Positions 44,029 to 54,054 of a stretch of DNA of 64,000 nt are shown one piece after another. The DNA is from Diplonema japonicum. Its lineage: Eukaryota; Protista; Euglenozoa: Diplonemea. Each line of letters begins with the position of its first letter. The first letter of the stretch is position 1. The notes under the pieces were generated by a model, which was not told the DNA's origin, ran no database searches, and worked only from the letters and a program-made list of their open reading frames with translations. Location: positions 62,001 through 126,000 of the forward strand of contig OZ025715.1 of assembly GCA_964019335.1 (NCBI GenBank), given 5' to 3'. The position numbers and the translations under genes are program-made.

Positions 44029-46890
44029 ATGGACAGGAAATCTGTGTCCTCGATCGCTTTGAGGCCATTACGGTCGAAACGGGGCATCCAGCCCTCGATA
44101 ATTCAGGAAAAACGGGACCCGTGGGAGTTGAATTTGGGTGGGGAGTTCAGCGATGAAATGCTGAACGTACTTCGAAAGACGTGGGCCGACTCCGATCTAG
44201 ACTCTAACAATGCAATGAGCAGAGACGAGCTGCAGGGCTTCATGGACACGCTGTACTTGGCAACAGGTGTCCCAACACCCCCCGACTCCGTACTGCGTCA
44301 GGAAATCATCACAGTGTTCCAAAGCTACGATCTGGACAGAAACTGCCTAATCGAGATACCCGAGATGTGCTACTACCTGAAATATTCCCATCTAGGCAGC
44401 CAAGTCTCCTGTAAATACCGTTCCTACACCGCACCAAACGATGACCCTGACTCAGGGCTCCTTAGCAATGACGACGACAAGGATCTTTACGAATCGGGTG
44501 AGGATATCGCTGAAATATCCAACGCCACGAAGGCATCTGTGAACCTTACTGTTCAAGGTTTGAAATCCGAAACGGGCAGTGACACGACCGTACCTTCCCG
44601 GTTGAACCTGACCATGATGCCCAAGCCGCCGACAGAACTGCTTTCTTTGGACTTTTTAACAAGTGTGTTTTGCAAGAAGACAACTTCTGTCTTGTCGGAG
44701 TTGGCGACGAATCTGATTTTCCCCGACAAGGTGAACCCGTTTGCGGTGTTTGTTCATTTGGGGCAGACTTTGAAATCGGAGATGAAATCCGCGAAACCGG
44801 AACTGGAATTGATTGTTCTGACGTTGCTTCACAGCACGGGCGAGGTTCTTGATCTGCTGTTGGGTTGGCCGCCGCCACCGCCGACGGCAACGGACTCCTC
44901 TTGCACCGAACCTCCACGCGCGGCTAAAAACCAATCGTTACGGGTACAGCTGACATCGTATCTTAACCTTCTCGCGATAGAACACGCCCCGAGCGCGAAG
45001 TGGATCAAAACAGTGATGTTCTTGGCAACGTTGACACGAACCGTTTCGCTGAAATCACCGGTTTACCTTGAAGCAAGTTTCGAAGACCCTGAACTAGGCT
45101 CACAAGGATACACCCTCGACGCGGCCCTCCCCGTCAACCAGTCAGAACAACGCAAAAGCAAAGAAACCCGCGTGAAAATCACATCAATGTCCGGATTCGA
45201 CTGCAGAAACATGAAACTCAACGTGCTGCTACCATTAGGATCAATTGTAACCATTGAAGACATTGCTGGCAAGCTCATCGTGGGGAAGATAAAAGCGGTG
45301 GTGTCCTTGAACAAGGGTAACCTTGTGTTCGACCGTTGCGTCAACGAGGTAGAGTTTTGCATGATGCGGCTTAAAATGCTGACTTCAATCTTCCGGGACC
45401 AATCTATCCTACGAGCTAAAAAGCTTTTCGACACATATTTCGACGTTTCATCGTCTGGAATCGTTTCACGTGAAGAATTCGTCTCGGGGCTCAGACGATG
45501 CGGGTTGACGGTTGAAGATGACGAAGGCAGGGCCGCGTTCAACCTGGCAGATGTTCGAAAAGCCGAAACCATATCAACAAAAGGATTCCTCAAAACAACA
45601 TTCGGCAAGCTCGGGACGACAAACCCGATCTTCAAGCGCTTTCGAGAACACTCCGCCGAAATCCTCGCCTCAACCACCGTGAAGAACCAAATCGTACGCC
45701 CCACCAGATACATCCCACCATCACTTCTAAAACGCAAAACCTCCCATAAGGTGAGAAAACTCAACATAATCCCTTGCGAAATCGAAGACGGCGACGTAAT
45801 AGAACTCGAGCCCGGGACCTACAAGGGGACCATTGTTGTAACCGCTCAAAACGTAACAATAAGAGGACCCCCCGGCGAGGGGAAAGTCATCATCCACGCT
45901 GCAACCAAAGAATCTGAAGCAGTGGTCACCCTTGCAAGCAGACGGAGCATTCTGGAAAATCTAACAATCAGCAACGACGGCGGCGGGATGGGCGTCTCGA
46001 CCTCTCGCATAGGCTACCACGACATCATCAACTGCACTGTTCGAAAAACGCACGGAGGGATTTTGATCACCGGGGATGCGAACGCGAGCATCAGCCGGTG
46101 CAAAGTAACCGACTCAAAAAGATTTGGGATCGCTTTCAAAGGCTCGTCCTCAGGCATCATCGAAAATTCGCATTTGGAGAAAAACTCCGACGGTGGTATC
46201 GTCCTCGAAACACCCTCGAAAAACTGGGTCTCAAAATGCAAACTAATTCAAGGAAAAGGATGCGGCATCGTAGTAAGCGGGTCCCCCGCCATCATATGCG
46301 ACTGCACGGTGTCTGACAATGAGTGTTCTGGGATATGGGTCGACGGCAGCACGACGAGAAGCCCGCCTATTTTATATTCAAATACAATCACAAACGGTCG
46401 GGCTGCCGGGGTTAAGATCAAAAAGGGTTCGAAAGCGGTTCTTGCTGAGAATACCCTTGGCAACAATCACGACCACGATCTCGAGATAGAAGGCGTGGCG
46501 CAGGTTTTAAGCAACACCTTTACAGGCGGCCCTGGTACCGCTGTTTTCTTCGCTCCCAACGCAAAGGGTTTTGTTGAGGATAATGCGCTGTCGGGGTATC
46601 CATTGAACTGCATCTCGATTTCTTCGAGATCGTCGCCCACCATCACCAACAACACATTGGTGGCGCCCTTGTGTGTTGACGGGAAGGCCTTCAACCTAGG
46701 GCAGGACGCGTCGGGGTACATCCACTCAAACTTGGTAGTGGGCTGGCGGGTCGACAAGGGAACGGGTCCCATTACCTCCGCAGCTCAACATACCACTGTG
46801 ATGCTCAACAACTACATAGCACTAACACTTGACGCTGCACGAGCCGCGCGACGCCGCGACTTTGAGAGTTATTTCCAACCATCAGCGTGA
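44029..46890 (+). CDS. EF-hand + right-handed parallel beta-helix protein
   Basis: DLDSNNAMSRDEL, DLDRNCLIEIPEM and DVSSSGIVSREEF EF-hands; GDVIELEPGTYKG followed by G-I/N-rich PbH1 repeats. Confidence 0.8.
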   Translation: MDRKSVSSIALRPLRSKRGIQPSIIQEKRDPWELNLGGEFSDEMLNVLRKTWADSDLDSNNAMSRDELQGFMDTLYLATGVPTPPDSVLRQEIITVFQSYDLDRNCLIEIPEMCYYLKYSHLGSQVSCKYRSYTAPNDDPDSGLLSNDDDKDLYESGEDIAEISNATKASVNLTVQGLKSETGSDTTVPSRLNLTMMPKPPTELLSLDFLTSVFCKKTTSVLSELATNLIFPDKVNPFAVFVHLGQTLKSEMKSAKPELELIVLTLLHSTGEVLDLLLGWPPPPPTATDSSCTEPPRAAKNQSLRVQLTSYLNLLAIEHAPSAKWIKTVMFLATLTRTVSLKSPVYLEASFEDPELGSQGYTLDAALPVNQSEQRKSKETRVKITSMSGFDCRNMKLNVLLPLGSIVTIEDIAGKLIVGKIKAVVSLNKGNLVFDRCVNEVEFCMMRLKMLTSIFRDQSILRAKKLFDTYFDVSSSGIVSREEFVSGLRRCGLTVEDDEGRAAFNLADVRKAETISTKGFLKTTFGKLGTTNPIFKRFREHSAEILASTTVKNQIVRPTRYIPPSLLKRKTSHKVRKLNIIPCEIEDGDVIELEPGTYKGTIVVTAQNVTIRGPPGEGKVIIHAATKESEAVVTLASRRSILENLTISNDGGGMGVSTSRIGYHDIINCTVRKTHGGILITGDANASISRCKVTDSKRFGIAFKGSSSGIIENSHLEKNSDGGIVLETPSKNWVSKCKLIQGKGCGIVVSGSPAIICDCTVSDNECSGIWVDGSTTRSPPILYSNTITNGRAAGVKIKKGSKAVLAENTLGNNHDHDLEIEGVAQVLSNTFTGGPGTAVFFAPNAKGFVEDNALSGYPLNCISISSRSSPTITNNTLVAPLCVDGKAFNLGQDASGYIHSNLVVGWRVDKGTGPITSAAQHTTVMLNNYIALTLDAARAARRRDFESYFQPSA

Positions 46891-46928
46891 CGATTGGAAT
46901 CCTCCCTCTTTTTTTTTTTTTTTTTATA

Positions 46929-47390
46929 TTATTTATCTTTTTGCCCCCCTCCCTAGTGTTTTTTTGGCTGGGGACCCCCATAAATAAAGTAGACTTTATT
47001 TCCCGGCGGGAAATAAAGGTACTTTTATTTATTTTCCCTTGTTTTGGCTAGAAACATCAAAAAAAAAGTAATCCATGTGATCATCAAGCAGAAGAAGTAG
47101 TAGACAGAGTCTGACTAGTAGTTCGACTACTAGTTCTCCCCTTTTTTCTTTTCTTTTCTGCCATTATTTATTTTTAGCATGCCAAATATAAAACGTCCCC
47201 AGCCAAAAAACACTAGGTCGGAGGGCAAAAACGATAAATAAAATCACAGATTCTGCTATTAAAGTGGACTTTATTTTTCCCTTGGCCTCATTTTCTTCCC
47301 TTGGGGTCATGATTTTCCCTCGCTACGCTCGGGGGAAATCAAACCCCCGCGGGAAGAAAAAACGCCCGCGGGAAATAAAGTCCACTTTAT
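46929..47390. repeat. Nested inverted-repeat (MITE-like) cluster
   Basis: 46929-46974 is inverted to 47195-47242. AAAGTGGACTTTATTT (about 47261) is inverted to AAATAAAGTCCACTTT (about 47372). A collapsed hairpin version lies at 46982-47030. Confidence 0.7.
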
Positions 47391-47410
47391 TTTACCAAAT
47401 CAATAGTTAT

Positions 47411-47692
47411 TCTTTTTCTTTTTCTTTTTCTTTTTCTTTTTCTTTTTCTTTTTCTTTTTCTTTTTCTTTTTCTTTTTCTTTTTCTTTTTCTTTTTCTTTT
47501 TCTTTTTCTTTTTCTTTTTCTTTTTCTTTTTCTTTTTCTTTTTCTTTTTCTTTTTCTTTTTCTTTTTCTTTTTCTTTTTCTTTTTCTTTTTCTTTTTCTT
47601 TTTCTTTTTCTTTTTCTTTTTCTTTTTCTTTTTCTTTTTCTTTTTCTTTTTCTTTTTCTTTTTCTTTTTCTTTTTCTTTTTCTTTTTCTTTC
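47411..47692 (+). repeat. (TTTTTC)n microsatellite
   Basis: About 280 bp of near-perfect hexamer repeat. Confidence 0.95.
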
Positions 47693-47712
47693 TTTTTTTT
47701 TTTTTTTTTTAA

Positions 47713-47846
47713 GGTGGTGGGGATAACATGAAAATATAAGAAGTACATCAGATGTGTTGTTCGCTATTGACCTCCTCGTCGGTCATCACCGGTAGCGCCC
47801 GAGTGGAAGAACGTAACGCAGATGCTCAGGGTGACGAACAGGCAGC
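47713..47846 (+). ncRNA. HDV-like self-cleaving ribozyme (copy A)
   Basis: P1 GGTGGTG/CATCACC; P3 ACC/GGT; L3 TCCTCGTC; P1.1 CC/GG; P4 CGCCC-GAGT/GCTC-A-GGGTG; J4/2 ACGAA; P2 GCTATTG/CAGGCAGC. Confidence 0.8.
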
Positions 47847-48038
47847 AAACTGCACGAGCGCAGAATCTTGGTTACCCGGGACGCCCCGGCTAGGGTTGAG
47901 CACACCGCACGCATTAAGGACACGACACGGAACGCAGAAGAAGCTACTGCTCGGCCGAGGAGCGCCCCCTGTAATCAAGTAGGTAGTTCGTGCTTCGTTG
48001 CACGCTAAACGCCACCTAGTGTTGCAATCAAAGCCCCA
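47713..48038 (+). mobile_element. 326-nt ribozyme-headed SINE/LTR-like repeat (copy A)
   Basis: Matches 50417-50742 except for 2 substitutions that I could see. Starts exactly at ribozyme G1 and is flanked by T-runs. Confidence 0.8.
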
Positions 48039-48520
48039 TTTTTTTTTTTTTTTTTTTTTTTCCAGGGGAGGTGCAATGGTTCGAGGCCAATACCTCGCAT
48101 AAACTTGTCTCAGGTGAGCCGGCAACTAACTTGAGGGGGTTGGGTTGCCCACCTTGGACTTGGGTTTGGTAGGCCAGAGTCTTGCTGCCCCTTTTTTGTT
48201 TAAAAATTGGGGGAAACAATAATAAAAAAAAAAAATTCTATCACGCTTTCTTGATCCCGTGGGTCACCAAAGAAACACAAAAAAGTCAAGTTTCATAGCA
48301 TCTCCCTCCCTCTTGACAAATAAGGCCGTTCTGCTTTTTCCAAAGCAAACCCGGTCTTAGTTGAACCTGAACGAAAAAAAAAGAAGAAAAAATTGCGGGG
48401 GGGGGGGGGGGGGGGATATGTATTTTCCTCTTTCTTCTTTTTTTCTTCTTCCTGCAGGCGTCTCCCGGTCCCAGGAAGAGGGGGAGGTAGGGGAGGAGTA
48501 AAAAAAAAAAAAAAAAAAAA

Positions 48521-49117
48521 ATGCCTAAATGGGCAATTGTGATATTCTTACTATTCTTGGAGAGCGGTGAGGGTGTGCTAACGAACGTAAAAATGTGGAT
48601 AGACGGAGTGGAAGCCAATGTGGAGCACAGCCCAATGGAAAGTAAGACATGGAGAGATCTGGAGGAGAGCAGACTGCTGAACATCTCGTCTGCGTGGGAT
48701 GCTGTAGGCTGGGAAATAGGGGAAAGCAAGGCAGGTCAGGTATATAAATTGGAGTGCCAGCCGCTGTCTGAGGATCAGACCTGCCATGTGGTTTTTTTCG
48801 TGTATCACTGCCCCCCTTGCTCTTACGCGTTCACAGGGGGGCTGCCCGCCATTCTTCTGGCCCAAAACTGGAAGCTTTCACACTGCTCTCCCTCATTCAA
48901 AGTTACGTCCGAAGGCACCCACTACCCTATGGTCACTTTCTACCGTGATCTTGTTCCTGATGAAGTGGCTGTGATCCCAACCTCTCCTTCTAAAGCCCCT
49001 CGTTTCGTCTATCCAGCACAGCTTCTGAGCGACGTAAACGTGGCAGACTTCATGTGCCCCAAACCTCCTGGGCTATGCGAGGCTTGTGCGGATGACGAGC
49101 TTTCTAGTAAAACATAA
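48521..49117 (+). CDS. Secreted Cys-containing hypothetical protein (HCPPCS motif)
   Basis: Signal peptide MPKWAIVIFLLFLESGEG; 198 aa. Confidence 0.75.
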   Translation: MPKWAIVIFLLFLESGEGVLTNVKMWIDGVEANVEHSPMESKTWRDLEESRLLNISSAWDAVGWEIGESKAGQVYKLECQPLSEDQTCHVVFFVYHCPPCSYAFTGGLPAILLAQNWKLSHCSPSFKVTSEGTHYPMVTFYRDLVPDEVAVIPTSPSKAPRFVYPAQLLSDVNVADFMCPKPPGLCEACADDELSSKT

Positions 49118-49252
49118 AAAAAAAAATTTTTTTTTGTTTTAGTTCTCCTCATCAGTGTTTTTTTTTTTCTTCTTTTTTTTTTTCTTCTTTTTTTCTTTTT
49201 TTCTTCATCCAGAGGGGAATTTTGGGAAGGAAGAAAAAAAAAAAAAAAAAAA

Positions 49253-49882
49253 ATGCACCTCATTGCGATCGACTTGTGCAAACAGTGCAGGGGTATGGAG
49301 GTAGAAAACCGGCCATACGAGGCACTTGAGCTCAGAGTTCTGGTCGCAGACAGGCTTGGGTACAACGCAGATGACATTGAGTTACAACACGAAGGGCGTG
49401 TGTGGGGGATCTACGTGCTGGGCGAAGACGATGAAGTCGTGGTAAAAGAGAGGGACCCCTGGGAAAGGCTGAAACTGGCCGGCATCGACCTCACAGAAGA
49501 CAACCTAAAGAAGGCCATTGCAAAAAACGACCTATTGTTAGTAAAGCTGCTGTGTTCCACTGGCGCCTTAAAGAAATCCCGCAAGCCCGCTGTGTGGACT
49601 CCCCTACACTACGCATGCAGAAAGGGATCTTTGCCAATTGTGTCAGCCATCCTCGACTCGGGGTTTACCGATATCAATGACCCCAACTCATATGGGGCAA
49701 CCCCTTTGCACACAGCCATCAAGCATTCTTCTGGTAACATACCACTTCTTGCTTTTTTAATATCCCGTGGAGCAACCTTGCAAAGCAAAGACGCATTAAG
49801 GCACACCCCCATGTATTACGCAGTGCAGAATGGTTGCCTTCACGCCGTGAAACTTTTGAAAGATTCTGGTGCGACGTTATGA
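49253..49882 (+). CDS. Ankyrin-repeat protein with possible N-terminal ubiquitin-like domain
   Basis: WTPLHYAC, GATPLHTA and HTPMYYAV ankyrin repeats. Confidence 0.88.
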   Translation: MHLIAIDLCKQCRGMEVENRPYEALELRVLVADRLGYNADDIELQHEGRVWGIYVLGEDDEVVVKERDPWERLKLAGIDLTEDNLKKAIAKNDLLLVKLLCSTGALKKSRKPAVWTPLHYACRKGSLPIVSAILDSGFTDINDPNSYGATPLHTAIKHSSGNIPLLAFLISRGATLQSKDALRHTPMYYAVQNGCLHAVKLLKDSGATL

Positions 49883-50416
49883 GTTCCCCCCCCCCTTTTT
49901 TTTCCCCTTTAAACACCCCCTCCCCCCATGTGTGCGAAAAGAGAAAAAAAAAAGGGGGGGAAACCCCTTAACAGGAGGTTTTTTTTTTTTTTTTTCCCTT
50001 TTTAAAATTCTTTTTTTGGAGAAGCAGACGGGGTCCCCCGCCCATTGCAGTGAATTTTTTCCCTCCCTACCCTTCTCGGCTTATGAGAAACAGTCTGTTG
50101 TCTCCCTCCCTTTTTTTTCCTTCCCCCCCCCCCTTCTTCCTTAGTTTGTAGTGCAAAGGGGACGCAATATTCTTCCGGAAAAAAAAAAGAAAGAAAGAGG
50201 AGAACGAAAAAAGAAAAGGGGGGGGAGATCACCCCTCCCACTACACTGCGTCACTATACACAACAAAAGAAAAAAAAAAAAAAAAAAAAAAAAGCAAGAA
50301 TAGAAAATTTGATAAGTAAAGTATGCTCTTGGCCAAAAGAATGAGAGAAAAGGAAAGGGGGAGGGAAGGGGATAAAAACTGGCTGTTTATTCGTGATTTC
50401 ATTTTTTTTTTTTTAA

Positions 50417-50550
50417 GGTGGTGGGGATAACATGAAAATATAAGAAGTACATCAGATGTGTTGTTCGCTGTTGACCTCCTCGTCGGTCATCACCGGTAGC
50501 GCCCGAGTGGAAGAACGTAACGCAGATGCTCAGGGTGACGAACAGGCAGC
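50417..50550 (+). ncRNA. HDV-like self-cleaving ribozyme (copy B)
   Basis: Same fold as copy A. The P2 5' strand is GCTGTTG, so an A-C mismatch in copy A is a G-C pair here. Confidence 0.82.
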
Positions 50551-50742
50551 AAACTGCACGAGCGCAGAATCTTGGTTACCCGGGACGCCCCGGCTAGGGT
50601 TGAGCACACCGCACGCATTAAGGACACGACACGGAACGCAGAAGAAGCTACTGCTCGGCCGAGGAGCGCCCCCTGTAATCAAGTAGGTAGTTCGTGCTTC
50701 GTTGCACGCTTAACGCCACCTAGTGTTGCAATCAAAGCCCCA
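50417..50742 (+). mobile_element. 326-nt ribozyme-headed repeat (copy B)
   Basis: Direct repeat of 47713-48038 at an offset of 2704 nt. Confidence 0.8.
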
Positions 50743-51860
50743 TTTTTTTTTTCCTTTCTTCCGACACAAAAAAAATGGGAGGTTCCCCTTTCCCCTTTCA
50801 CACTTTCTATTTCTAGCGAATCTCTTTACTGATGGAATCGCGTTCAATAAGTGGGAAAGACAAGAAAAGAAGAAGAGGGGGGGGGAGAAAAAAAGAGGTG
50901 GCACAGGTGTGGCTGCCCTTTTTTTTTTAAATGTCGGGGAGGGGTGAACATTCCTTTCCTCCCTTTTAACACTCAGCAGTTACACCCAAGCAGTTGGTTC
51001 GATTCTTTTTTGTGAAAGAACCTGTTTCGTTGCTGTTTTTTTCCCCTCTCGTTTCTTTCTTCCTTCTTCCTCTTTCTCCCTCTTTCCCCCCCCAAGTTTG
51101 GCTTCTCTCTTTTCTGGGGCGTTTTTTTTTTTTTTTTTTTTTTTTGTATGAACAATAAAAATTGTCTGCACTAAAAGACCTATTCGCTGCTGGCGCTCTC
51201 TTTTTTCTTCTTCTTTTCTTTCACGAAAATGGAACAATTTAAAAAAAAAAAAAAAAGAGGGGGAAAAAAAAAAGAAACAACTTTCCCCACCACCCCCCTC
51301 CCGGGCTATGTTGCGGTTTTTCTTTCTTTCTTTCTTTTTCTCTTATTCTTCCTTTGCAAAAAAAAAAAAATAAAATAAAAAAATAAGGCAAGAACTTGTT
51401 GGATGGAGAATGGGTTGTGAGATCCTTTTTTTTTTTCTTTTCTTTTTTTTTTCTTTTGCATTTGAACAATGAGAAAAAAGGAAAACAAAAAAAATGACGA
51501 CTGGAAAAAAAAGGGGGGGAGATTTAACCACTTAACCCACATGTCATGCTTTTTAATGTCATGCATATATGACATTAAAAAAAGAAAAGAGAAAAAATTC
51601 ACACGAAGAGCATTTTCCTGCGAGAATTAAGTTTAATAGTTGCGTGGTCCATCATTGCACGGGTCTCAGAAAGTCCTCTGGCTATGAATGTTCCACCTGT
51701 GGCAAGTACTTCTGTACCACACCTTCTCCTTAAAAAGAACTCTTTATATGGTTAAATGGTTGCCTTTTTTTTTTTTTTTTTCTTTTTTTTTTTTCCCAAT
51801 TCTTTTTAAGTGTCGCCTCAAAAAATAGACTTTTTTCGGTTTTTAGCCTGTGGGTTAGTG

Positions 51861-51905
<45 letters not shown>

Positions 51906-52299
51906 ACAACTTGTCCAACACAAAAGAGGGGTTGAACACAGGTAGGTCTTTTGTTTGTTTATTTGTTTGTTTTGCTCCACTTTCTTTTTTTTCTCTCTCT
52001 TCTTTTTTTTTTTTTTTTTTTTTCCCGAATGAGTTGCTCAACTTACTTCTCACCACCGCCACCCCCCCCCCCCCCCCCCCTGCCTATCTACCGGTAAGCA
52101 GACAAATACTACTTTTCCTCCCTTCAACCCCCCCCCTTTTTTTTACATTTATCACCCACTTTTCCCCTCCATCTAGTCCGACGCACATTCATGCCTAGTG
52201 GCTCTGAAGACTATGCTGAACAAAAAAAAAATAAAATAAAATATTTCAAACTTACATCCATATATACCTTTTTTTTTTTTTTTTTTTTTTGAGAAAACT

Positions 52300-52588
52300 G
52301 CTAACTAGACCCCTACCTAAGTTGGGGTGAAAATGTAAATCAACCCCTAAATTTTTAAAAAAAAGTTTGAGAAAATGCTCAAGGTCTGTTCATAAAAGTT
52401 AAACATACTCCAGTCCTGCACCTAACCTAAGACTGCTTGGTGGACACACACCGTGGGCCTGTACGGAGTCGTGTGCAATCTGGGCACAGTGCACCCTCAT
52501 CAAGCAACGCAATATAAGCTTTAGCATGGTAGTTTCTGGTTTTACCTGACGGTGAACTGACTACCCTGAGATCCTGGGTCTAGTTAGC
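52300..52588. mobile_element. 289-bp MITE (13-bp TIR, 3-bp ACT duplication)
   Basis: ACT|GCTAACTAGACCC ... GGGTCTAGTTAGC|ACT. Confidence 0.7.
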
Positions 52589-52618
52589 ACTCCATCCCCC
52601 CTTTTTTTTTATTTATTA

Positions 52619-52651
<33 letters not shown>

Positions 52652-53130
52652 AATATTTTTAACCCAAAAATTGCGGAAAAAAAAAAGAAAAAAAAAATCC
52701 TTATTTTCCCAAATAGAATTTCTTTTGATAGGACAACGGGGAGAACGAGGAGGACTTAATGATATTTTGTTATTTCTTTTTTTTTTTTTCCTTGTTGGAT
52801 GACAACCATAAAAAGAGCCTTACCCCCCCCCCCCCCCCCTCTTTCCCCACCTTTTTTTTTCCGCTATTCCAATAACATTAAACCTACTATAGGCCCGGGG
52901 GGCTTGTCTCTGTGGGTCTTGTTTATTTTTACTTTTAATTCAAACAACAAAAAATAAAATCTTGGGTAAACACAATGGGGTTTTCGGTAACTTTTTTTCA
53001 CTCGATATCAACTCCCCTGTTACCCCCCCCCCCCCCCCCCCAGGAAATACAAAATACTGAAAATGTTGGTTTACCCCCACCCCTGAAAACATGAAACAAA
53101 TGACTGCCTTGTGATTTTCCTTTTTATTTT

Positions 53131-53629
53131 AGGAAGGAGATGCCTCGTGCCAACGGCGGGGGAGCTCGAAGGAGTGGGAGGAATCGTCGCAGAATTCCTG
53201 AACCCGCTGCTGCAGTGGTTGTCACAGCTACGATGGGTGAAGGAGGACACCAGCTCTGAAGTGTCAGCGGTGGAATTGGCCATCGACTTCGAATGGACGA
53301 CAGGCAAGTTACTGGGGGGTCTGCTGGAAGATAGGGCTCGCAAGATCAAAGCACTGATAAGAAAGCTGAACGCGGCATGCAGGGCACGGAAGAAGCCACG
53401 CCCCTTCCCAGCAGATGAACAGAAGAGAGTGAAGTCCCTCATCGCAATAGGTGGGAAGACGGCTATGGGTTTCGCCAGGAGGCCCATCTTCGCCACCCAC
53501 ACCACTCACGACAAGCTGATGGAACTGAAAGCCGCTTACAAGCGAGACCGCATCACACGACTCCGCAAGACGCTCAAGGCCTCGATTGGAACGAAAGCAA
53601 TGCTCCAGAAGGGGAGTATAAAAAGATAA
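53131..53629 (+). pseudogene. Possible 3' remnant of a non-LTR retrotransposon ORF
   Basis: GC-rich frame with no in-frame ATG at its 5' end. LLQWLSQLRW...VSAVELAIDFEWTTG resembles C-terminal motifs of protist non-LTR ORFs (from memory, unverified). Confidence 0.4.
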
Positions 53630-54022
53630 CCCCCCCTAACCCACCCAAGGGCGGCCCTCCATGAGGGGGTTTGTCCTGCACTTTGAGTTTTATTCCCCCC
53701 CCCATTCTTGCAATGTAGGTATCTTCTCTTTCTTTGATTTCCCCCCGGGTTGGACCAAAGACCACAGCAGGGGGAAACATTATATATTTTACGCTTTCAC
53801 ACAAAGTTCAAGCCAAGAAAAAAAAAATTTTTTTTTTCCCTTCAAGCAAGTTTTTTTTTTTTTTAATTATTATTATTTTGCCTGCTCACAGTACGTAGGT
53901 GTTGGACCCGAAGCTTGCCAGCACCTGGGAAGGTTTGGGAGATGGAATTCTTTTTTTTTTTTTTTTTTTTTCCTCTTTTTCCTCCCCCATTCCTCCCAGG
54001 GAAGCACAGTAGTCGAGAGGGG

Positions 54023-54054
<32 letters not shown>

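Noticed and set aside
47264-47748. (FS)n and (KE)n ORFs
   Set aside because: They are translations of the (TTTTTC)n microsatellite.
47745-47792. Minus-strand GTGATGA...CTGA box C/D snoRNA-like pair
   Set aside because: The spacing is too short, it is antisense to the gene array, and the ribozyme P1 strand explains it.
47940-47975. Antisense GCTCCTCGGC motif in the ribozyme repeat (possible opposite-strand ribozyme)
   Set aside because: No compatible P1, P1.1 or P3 register could be built.
47752-47982. 76-aa ORF repeated at 50456-50686
   Set aside because: Incidental frame inside the non-coding repeat; no protein signature.
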